DNA from: Leptolyngbya sp. Cla-17
GTDB taxonomy: Bacteria > Cyanobacteriota > Cyanobacteriia > Leptolyngbyales > Leptolyngbyaceae
Direction of reading: 5' to 3'
DNA: 32,000 nucleotides
NCBI RefSeq assembly: GCF_016807185.1
Contig: NZ_JAEVYN010000002.1
Span: 1,630,980-1,662,979, forward strand
The notes below the pieces were generated by a model that saw only the letters and a list, made by a program, of their open reading frames with translations, had not been told where the DNA came from and ran no database searches. Position numbers and translations under genes: made by a program. Shown here piece by piece: positions 9,448 through 16,025 of the stretch (the stretch's first letter is position 1; the number at the start of each line of letters is the position of its first letter).

Positions 9448-10194
9448 CACCAACTCTGGAGTCGCTTCAGCTCGATCGAGCATTCCTTCTTGCGTTAGGT
9501 CAGGCATTTTGCCTCCTTTTTGCAGGAAACCACCCACCATAGCGATTAGGGCATTGACTTTGCGGGTGCGCCACAGATCGATCGCCTCATCCACCACCGC
9601 CGGAGACAACTGCCGCTCCAGCGCTTCTCGCAGATAGGCAGCGTGTCCAGTTTCATCTTGGGCAACACTGAGAATGCCTTTTTTCAAATTGACACTGGCG
9701 GGCTCGGTTTCAGGTAAGGCATTTGCCATCCGAACAAAGTCTTTGCTGGCATCTAGTTCAAGGATGTAAGTGCTGGCAAAAAATACGGTCCAATCAATGT
9801 TTTCGGGTTTTAGTTCTTCACTGGAGTAATCGCTGAAATAAGCCTCAAAAAATGGGCTGCGGCGACGTTCATCCGGCGTTCCATCAGTTGTCGTTTGTGG
9901 AATAGATTTGAAGTCAATCAGTTGCTTATTTAACTGCTTCAACGCATGGGCAAAAATTTGACCATGGCGACGCTCATCCGTGGCGTGACGAGCCAGCCGT
10001 TCTGCCAGCCAAGCGTCTCCTTCGGCAGCAGCCCGCGCACCAAGCGCTTCTAGAAAAGGAACAGAACCAGATTCTGCCATTTGCAGGGCTGCAAGCGTGT
10101 TGGGGCGAGTTTGCAAATCGCGCATGTTCCGGGCAGAAATGTAGGCAGATGCACCAGAGCCAAGAATATGAAGCAGTTGGGTCGAAAGATTCAT
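9433..10194 (-). CDS. ferritin-like di-iron carboxylate family protein, function unknown
   Basis: Two E...ExxH pairs typical of four-helix-bundle di-iron proteins: EGDAWLAERLARHATDERRHGQIF and ILELDASKDF...VAQDETGHAAYL. The last codons (LVGVGG-TAG) lie inside the repeat copy at 9399-9447. Confidence 0.65.
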   Translation of the reverse strand: MNLSTQLLHILGSGASAYISARNMRDLQTRPNTLAALQMAESGSVPFLEALGARAAAEGDAWLAERLARHATDERRHGQIFAHALKQLNKQLIDFKSIPQTTTDGTPDERRRSPFFEAYFSDYSSEELKPENIDWTVFFASTYILELDASKDFVRMANALPETEPASVNLKKGILSVAQDETGHAAYLREALERQLSPAVVDEAIDLWRTRKVNALIAMVGGFLQKGGKMPDLTQEGMLDRAEATPELVGVGG

Positions 10195-10528
10195 AAAATA
10201 GTTGCTTAGGAACGTACAGGCGAGATCCTAACGTCATTTCACAACTTGAGCCGTACAGAACCCGACTATTTTTACACCAATTTTAAGTCGGTCAATTCTA
10301 AGCGGTGACTTGTATTGCCGGACTTTTTAAAGTGGTACTGGATTTTTGAACTAGCCGTATCCAGCGTCAAAAAAGTTATAGCTGTCTAGAGAAAATCTGG
10401 CTACAGTTTATGAGGATGGTTGCGGTTGGCCTTGAGTCAGACAAAAAGGCAATTTCAAGAATTTTTCAGGCTCGTTGAACCAAGATTTATCAGGTCGCGA
10501 TCGCAACTTCATTCGGGGAAACCATTTA

Positions 10529-12148
10529 ATGCGTCTGTTCACAACCCTATCTGGCTTACGCTGCTACTTGGAATCCTATCGTTTTAGGCGGCATGACCTG
10601 GAGCCAGTCAGCGATTCCGATAGTTGGAAAATGCCCCTAGAAATTGGTTTTGTGCCTACCATGGGCGCTCTTCACGCAGGGCATCTCAGTCTCATTCAGC
10701 GCGCCCGTCGAGAGAATAAAATTGTTGTCGTCAGCATTTTTATAAATCCACTGCAATTTGGACCCACTGAAGACTTGCAGCGCTATCCCCGCACCTTAAA
10801 ACAAGACCAAATTCTCTGCGAACAAGCCAACGTCGATGCTTTATTTGTGCCCAATGCAGAAGAAATGGGAGCAGCATCTACTTCCCTGACTCAGGTGCTT
10901 CCTCCTTTAGCGATGACTAGCGAACTCTGCGGACGTTCTAGAGAGGGGCATTTTCAAGGCGTAGCAACAATTGTGACTAAACTGCTGAATATAGTGCAGC
11001 CGACTCGTGCTTATTTTGGACAGAAAGATGCCCAACAGCTTGCCATCATTCGCCAATTGGTTAAGGATCTGAACTTGCCTGTAGAAATTGTGGCGTGTGC
11101 GATCGCCCGTGAATCCAGCGGACTTGCTCTCAGTTCTCGCAATCAGTATTTAACTGACACTCAACGAGAGCAAGCGGCTACCATTTATCGGGCATTGCAG
11201 CAAGCGACCCACGCCTTTCAAGCTGGAGAGCGATTAGGTAGTAAACTAATCGGGGCGGTTAAGGCAGTGTTAACAACTGCACCCGATCTGATCCCCGAAT
11301 ACGTTGAACTGGTTCACCCAATGACTATGACTCCCCTAACCCAAATTGAGGACACAGGCTTATTAGCAGTGGGAGCCCGGATTGGCTCCACTCGCCTAAT
11401 CGACAATGTGCTGCTGAGCGATCGCAAACCAATCGTGGCGATTGATGGACCCGCTGGAGCCGGAAAATCTACTGTAGCAAGACAGGTCGCCCAAAACCTC
11501 GGTTTGTTTTATCTCGACACCGGAGCCATGTATCGTGCTTTCACCTGGCTCGTCATGCAGTCAGGGATCGCTCTTGACGACGAACCCGCGATCGCTGAAC
11601 TGGTCAGCCAGTGTCACATTGAGTTTAGGGATCAGGAGTCAGGGATGAGGGGTCAAGAGGGAGAAAACAACACTCCACACTCTGCACTCCGCACTCTCTC
11701 CATTTTCGTCAATGGGCAAGAAGTTACTCAAGCGATTCGCAGCCTAGAAGTCACTTCCCAAGTTTCTACGATCGCCGCTCAATCTGCGGTTCGTTGGGCG
11801 TTGGTACGGCAACAGCAACTCTATGGCAAGCAAGGTGGAATTGTGGTCGAAGGGCGAGATATTGGCACCAATGTGTTTCCCGACGCAGAACTGAAGATTT
11901 TTCTGACTGCGTCTGTGCAAGAGCGTGCCCGTCGTCGCCAGCGCGATTTACAAAATCAGGGCATGGGTGATGTCAGCCTAGATGAGTTGGAGCAGACAAT
12001 TTGCGATCGCGATCGTAAAGACAGCACTCGCGCTCTTGCCCCCCTGTGCAAAGCCGACGACGCGATCGAACTCATCACCGACGGCTTGACGATTCAAGCG
12101 GTCATCGATCAGATTGTTGAACAATACAATGCCGCCATCAACTTGTAG
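10529..12148 (+). CDS. panC: bifunctional pantoate--beta-alanine ligase / cytidylate kinase
   Basis: The N-terminal half is PanC (FVPTMGALHAGHLSLI, FGQKDAQQL). The C-terminal half is Cmk (IVAIDGPAGAGKSTVAR P-loop, EGRDIGTNVFPDAELKIFLTAS, RDRKDSTRALAPL). This fusion is characteristic of cyanobacteria. The ATG at 10529 is preferred over the TTG at 10475. Confidence 0.9.
   Translation: MRLFTTLSGLRCYLESYRFRRHDLEPVSDSDSWKMPLEIGFVPTMGALHAGHLSLIQRARRENKIVVVSIFINPLQFGPTEDLQRYPRTLKQDQILCEQANVDALFVPNAEEMGAASTSLTQVLPPLAMTSELCGRSREGHFQGVATIVTKLLNIVQPTRAYFGQKDAQQLAIIRQLVKDLNLPVEIVACAIARESSGLALSSRNQYLTDTQREQAATIYRALQQATHAFQAGERLGSKLIGAVKAVLTTAPDLIPEYVELVHPMTMTPLTQIEDTGLLAVGARIGSTRLIDNVLLSDRKPIVAIDGPAGAGKSTVARQVAQNLGLFYLDTGAMYRAFTWLVMQSGIALDDEPAIAELVSQCHIEFRDQESGMRGQEGENNTPHSALRTLSIFVNGQEVTQAIRSLEVTSQVSTIAAQSAVRWALVRQQQLYGKQGGIVVEGRDIGTNVFPDAELKIFLTASVQERARRRQRDLQNQGMGDVSLDELEQTICDRDRKDSTRALAPLCKADDAIELITDGLTIQAVIDQIVEQYNAAINL
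11633..11701 (+). repeat. repeat-family sequence embedded in frame (23 codons) in the Cmk domain
   Basis: caggagtcagggatgaggggtcaagagggagaaaacaacactccacactctgcactccgcactctctcc encodes QESGMRGQEGENNTPHSALRTLS. It shares caggag..., agaaaacaac...ctc and actccgcac (11686-11694) with the reverse complement of the intergenic copy at 19561-19640. Confidence 0.55.
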
Positions 12149-12280
12149 GAGATTCAAGCTTGGCAAAGTCTTTATTTTGGCTATCTCCTTCCTTTTTATC
12201 TCTTTACCTATTCTCATTTGCTTTGCAATATGGTTAAGTCAGTTTTGAGCGTAGCCCCCTTATCAATTTGGTGATGTTCT

Positions 12281-13165
12281 ATGGCAAAAATCCTGTTAAC
12301 AGGCGCAAATGGACAGGTTGGAGCAGAACTAAAACAGACCTTAGCTCACCTGGGTGAATTGACTTCCATTGATCGCACCCAGTGGGATCTAGCAAACCCC
12401 GACACCATTCGCGCGATCGTGGAGCAATTGCAGCCCACTATTATCGTCAATGGGGCGGCTTACACCGCAGTGGATAAGGCAGAAAGCGAACCCGATCTGG
12501 CAACCTTGGTGAATGGCAAAGCGACTGGCATTTTGGCAGAAGCAGCGGAAAGTGTGGGAGCCGGATTAATTCACATTTCCACGGATTATGTGTTTGACGG
12601 CAAAAGCAGCAGCCCTCATCTGGAAACCGCTCCGACCAATCCCTTAGGCGTATACGGCGCTTCTAAATTGGCAGGAGAAGCGGCAATTCGATCAGCCTGT
12701 CCAAAACACATGATCATCCGCACAGCCTGGGTTTACGGCGTTCAAGGTAAGGGCAACTTTGTGAAAACGATGCTGCGGGTGGGTGCTCAACGGGATGAAC
12801 TGCGCGTTGTTACTGATCAAATTGGTGCGCCTACCTGGGCAAAGGATTTGGCACTGGCGATCGCTCACCTTGCCCCCCAACTCACCACCGAAACCGCAGG
12901 CACTTATCACTACACCAACAGTGGCGTGTGCAGTTGGTATGATTTTGCCGTCACCATTATCGAAGAAGCCCAAGCAATGGGCTTTCCGCTGCAAGTGCAG
13001 CGTGTCATCCCCATCACCACCGAAGAATATCCCCTACCCGCGCCTCGTCCCGCTTTTTCCGTCCTGTCTCTCAAAAAAATCTCTGCCCTCCTCGGCACTC
13101 ATCCTCCCCACTGGCTCGAAAGTCTCCGCAAAATGCTGATAGAACTGCAACAAGTGTCTGGTTAA
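12281..13165 (+). CDS. rfbD: dTDP-4-dehydrorhamnose reductase
   Basis: KILLTGANGQVG Rossmann motif, AAYTAVDKAE, HISTDYVFDG and the YGASKLAGE catalytic YxxxK. 294 aa. Confidence 0.9.
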   Translation: MAKILLTGANGQVGAELKQTLAHLGELTSIDRTQWDLANPDTIRAIVEQLQPTIIVNGAAYTAVDKAESEPDLATLVNGKATGILAEAAESVGAGLIHISTDYVFDGKSSSPHLETAPTNPLGVYGASKLAGEAAIRSACPKHMIIRTAWVYGVQGKGNFVKTMLRVGAQRDELRVVTDQIGAPTWAKDLALAIAHLAPQLTTETAGTYHYTNSGVCSWYDFAVTIIEEAQAMGFPLQVQRVIPITTEEYPLPAPRPAFSVLSLKKISALLGTHPPHWLESLRKMLIELQQVSG

Positions 13166-13285
13166 GCTCATGTTTGAGCGCTTTGACAGCGATGTAATCA
13201 AATTGCGATCGCATTAGTATTTTCCGCGACGATTCTGGTACAACTAAACGGCTACAAATTTTTCTATATTGAATTAGGGCACTCC

Positions 13286-14995
13286 ATGAGCTATCGGATG
13301 AATCGCCGCGCCTATGCGGAAACCTTTGGACCAACCGTGGGCGATCGCGTCCGGCTCGCCGACACGGAGTTAATCATCGAAGTGGAGCAAGACTACACCA
13401 CTTACGGCGATGAGGTGAAGTTTGGTGGCGGTAAGGTGATTCGGGAAGGCATGGGACAGTCGCCAATCACCAATGCAGATGGGGCGGTAGATGCGGTGAT
13501 TACCAACGCGCTCATCCTGGATTGGTGGGGCGTTGTCAAAGCCGATGTGGGGATTAAAGATGGCAAAATTCACGCGATCGGCAAAGCGGGAAATCCTCAT
13601 ATTCAGGACAATGTGACGATTATTATTGGTCCCGGCACCGAGGCGATCGCCGGAGAGGGAATGATTCTGACAGCGGGCGGCATTGATACTCACATTCACT
13701 TCATCTGTCCTCAACAAATTGAAGTGGCGATCGCTGCTGGCATTACCACCATGATTGGCGGCGGCACCGGACCGGCAGCAGGCACCAACGCCACCACCTG
13801 CACACCGGGACCCTGGTATATGCATCGGATGTTGCAGGCTGCCGATGCCTTTCCGATGAATCTAGGCTTTTTGGGTAAAGGCAACAGCGGCAAACCAGAA
13901 GGACTTGTGGAACAGGTAGAAGCGGGGGCGATGGGATTGAAGCTGCATGAGGATTGGGGCACGACTCCAGCGGCGATCGACACTTGCCTTAGCGTTGCCG
14001 ATGAGTATGATGTGCAAGTTGCTATCCACACCGATACGCTGAATGAATCTGGCTTTGTGGAAGATACGATCGCCGCTTTCAAAAATCGTGTGATCCACAC
14101 CTATCACACCGAAGGCGCAGGCGGCGGACACGCGCCCGACATCATCAAAGTTTGCGGTCAGGCGAATGTATTGCCTTCTTCCACCAATCCCACCCGTCCT
14201 TACACAATTAACACGTTGGACGAACACCTGGATATGTTGATGGTCTGCCATCACCTCGACCCGGCGATCGCGGAAGACGTTGCCTTTGCCGAATCCCGGA
14301 TTCGTCGCGAAACTATTGCCGCCGAAGACATTTTGCATGATCTCGGTGCGTTCAGCATGATCTCCTCTGACTCTCAGGCAATGGGGCGCATCGGCGAAGT
14401 AATTATCCGCACCTGGCAAACTGGGCACAAAATGAAAGTGCAGCGGGGCAACCTCTCAGAAGATTCCAGCCGCAACGACAACTTCCGCGCCAAACGCTAT
14501 ATCGCCAAGTACACAATTAATCCCGCGATCGCTCACGGCATCGCTGACCATGTGGGCTCCGTAGAAGTGGGCAAACTCGCCGATCTTTGCCTCTGGCGAC
14601 CTGCCATGTTTGGCGTTAAACCCGAAATGGTGATCAAAGGCGGCATGATTGCCTGGGCGCAAATGGGCGATGCCAACGCCAGCATTCCCACGCCCCAACC
14701 CGTGCATATGCGCCCCATGTTTGCTAGCTATGGCGGCGCGATCGCCCACACGTCCCTCACCTTTGTGTCCAAAGCGGCGCTCAAAAAAGGGATTCCTGAT
14801 GAACTGGGCTTGCAGAAAAAAGCGATCGCGGTTTCCAACATTCGCCAACTGACCAAGCGCGACATGAAGCTCAACGATGCGCTACCCCACATGGAAGTAA
14901 ATCCCGAAACCTATGAAGTCCGTGCCGATGGGCAACTGCTCACCTGCGAACCCGCCACCATCCTCCCCATGGCACAGCGCTACTTCCTGTTTTAA
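13286..14995 (+). CDS. ureC: urease subunit alpha
   Basis: The [30 protein letters not shown]-terminus, [13 protein letters not shown] nickel ligands, GLKLHEDWG (carbamylated-Lys region), MVCHHLD and SSDSQAMGR. 569 aa. Confidence 0.97.
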   Translation: MSYRMNRRAYAETFGPTVGDRVRLADTELIIEVEQDYTTYGDEVKFGGGKVIREGMGQSPITNADGAVDAVITNALILDWWGVVKADVGIKDGKIHAIGKAGNPHIQDNVTIIIGPGTEAIAGEGMILTAGGIDTHIHFICPQQIEVAIAAGITTMIGGGTGPAAGTNATTCTPGPWYMHRMLQAADAFPMNLGFLGKGNSGKPEGLVEQVEAGAMGLKLHEDWGTTPAAIDTCLSVADEYDVQVAIHTDTLNESGFVEDTIAAFKNRVIHTYHTEGAGGGHAPDIIKVCGQANVLPSSTNPTRPYTINTLDEHLDMLMVCHHLDPAIAEDVAFAESRIRRETIAAEDILHDLGAFSMISSDSQAMGRIGEVIIRTWQTGHKMKVQRGNLSEDSSRNDNFRAKRYIAKYTINPAIAHGIADHVGSVEVGKLADLCLWRPAMFGVKPEMVIKGGMIAWAQMGDANASIPTPQPVHMRPMFASYGGAIAHTSLTFVSKAALKKGIPDELGLQKKAIAVSNIRQLTKRDMKLNDALPHMEVNPETYEVRADGQLLTCEPATILPMAQRYFLF

Positions 14996-15000
14996 TTCAT

Positions 15001-15315
15001 GGTTAACGTTCTTGTTTAAAGCGGGAACGTTTTTGTTTTCAGTGAGAACGTTCCTGTTTCAGGTAGGACGATTCCTGTTTCAAATAGGAATAATGCGGGT
15101 TGAAACAGCAATCGTCTTGTTTCAAGTGAAAACACTCCTGTTTTAAGTGAGCTGGTTTCTGGTTGAAACGACACAGTTCTTGTTTTAAGCTAAAACGTTC
15201 CGGTTACAAATGAGACCGTTGCGGTTTCAAACAGGAGTTTTCCTATCCTGAACTACGACAGTTTGGTTTTAAGCAAGACAGTTCTAGTTTTGGGCAAGAC
15301 TGTTGCCAAATCAAA
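15001..15315 (+). repeat. tandem array of 15 degenerate 21-nt units, consensus about YGAGAACGTTCCTGTTTCAAG
   Basis: Units read directly from the sequence at an exact 21-nt period: ggttaacgttcttgtttaaag / cgggaacgtttttgttttcag / tgagaacgttcctgtttcagg / taggacgattcctgtttcaaa / taggaataatgcgggttgaaa / cagcaatcgtcttgtttcaag / tgaaaacactcctgttttaag / tgagctggtttctggttgaaa / cgacacagttcttgttttaag / ctaaaacgttccggttacaaa / tgagaccgttgcggtttcaaa / caggagttttcctatcctgaa / ctacgacagtttggttttaag / caagacagttctagttttggg / caagactgttgccaaatcaaa. Confidence 0.9.
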
Positions 15316-15440
15316 TCTCAAATTTCCAGTTAGATCGAGAATTCCAGATCGAAATCTCCAAAAGTAACCTGAAATCGGGTGGAAAATTTATACTTCGGAG
15401 GCTACAACAGAGATAGTTTTCTTTCATTACCCATAAATTT

Positions 15441-15911
15441 ATGCTGGAAGTCATTACCCTGGCGTTGGCGACCCCGATCGCAAAAATTATTTTAGATAAA
15501 CTCTACGAAGGCATGGGGAGTAAACTGGGCGAAAAGGTATCAGAAGCGGCATCTGCACCGATTCAAAAGTTGGGACAGGCGGTATGGAATCGCTGCTTTA
15601 AGGGCAAACCAGGAACCGAGAAGGTTTTAGAAGCAGCAGCTAAAGGTTCGGAGCCAGAACTAAAGCAAATCCAGGACTACCTGCAAAAGGAAATGGAGAA
15701 TCCTGAATTTGTGGGTATGGTGCAGCCGATCGCTCAGGAAATCCATCAGGTGCTCGTGCAGATGGATGATGTGAATGCGGAGAATGTCCAGCAGAATGCG
15801 CGGGACGGGTTTCAAAATATCGGGACTGAAGGACCGATTCTTCAAGGGATTAAGGATTCACCGATTACTTTCACAACGCACAACTACCACGGTGTAAAGC
15901 CGACAGATTGA
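15441..15911 (+). CDS. 156-aa all-helical protein; by frame continuity, the N-terminal domain of the downstream NB-ARC/TPR protein
   Basis: ATG ORF with a hydrophobic/amphipathic N-terminus (MLEVITLALATPIAKIILDKLYEG) and predicted helical segments. It ends at TGA 15909-15911, in the same frame as ORF 16026..17735. No recognisable SD. Confidence 0.6.
   Translation: MLEVITLALATPIAKIILDKLYEGMGSKLGEKVSEAASAPIQKLGQAVWNRCFKGKPGTEKVLEAAAKGSEPELKQIQDYLQKEMENPEFVGMVQPIAQEIHQVLVQMDDVNAENVQQNARDGFQNIGTEGPILQGIKDSPITFTTHNYHGVKPTD
15909..15911 (+). other. single in-frame TGA separating the N-domain ORF from the NB-ARC/TPR ORF
   Basis: The context is AAG CCG ACA GAT TGA CTG GAG CCG. Hand translation of 15912-16025 is stop-free (LEPPEREQAKLNSTHNLDQRGTDIFVGREQELIDLHKV) and runs directly into LQGENAVAISAISGMGGIGKT. 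Confidence 0.9.
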
Positions 15912-16025
15912 CTGGAGCCGCCTGAACGGGAACAGGCAAAGTTAAACTCCACACACAATCTTGACCAACGCGGCACGGATATTTTCGTTGGACGAGAGCA
16001 GGAATTAATCGATCTGCACAAGGTA

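Noticed and set aside
13217-13230. An NtcA-like site (GTA-N8-GAC) upstream of ureC, with a similar gtacagaacccgac upstream of the ferritin-like/panC divergent region
   Set aside because: The 3' half-site is GAC rather than TAC, and the expected TAN3T -10 box about 22 nt downstream is not matched (tacaaa). It cannot be distinguished from chance by eye.
13370-14848. Long antisense ORFs inside ureC (151, 129, 188, 130 aa)
   Set aside because: They lie entirely within the strongly supported ureC frame. They have low-complexity, Gly/Arg/Ala-rich composition, which is typical of shadow ORFs opposite GC-rich third positions. The same applies to the shadow ORFs inside iscS, ilvC, the alpha/beta hydrolase, rfbD and argG.
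13286-14995. ureC without adjacent ureA, ureB or accessory genes, as a sign of an orphan or degenerate urease
   Set aside because: Scattered urease genes are normal in cyanobacteria. The ORF is full length with its nickel-ligand motifs intact.
14913-15146. A 77-aa ORF translating the 21-nt array into a heptad peptide repeat (TFLFKAG TFLFSVR TFLFQVG RFLFQIG...)
   Set aside because: Its ATG lies inside ureC in another frame. The periodicity is a trivial consequence of 21 nt being 7 codons. The frame closes after 6-7 units while the DNA repeat continues for 8 more, and there is no RBS.
15001-15315. The tandem array as a CRISPR locus
   Set aside because: The units abut with no unique spacers. 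The period (21 nt) is far shorter than a repeat plus a spacer. The units are degenerate rather than identical, and no cas genes are present.
15909-15911. The in-frame TGA as a selenocysteine codon
   Set aside because: I see no convincing SECIS-like stem-loop immediately downstream, and there is no redox-motif context (no CxxU-type site).
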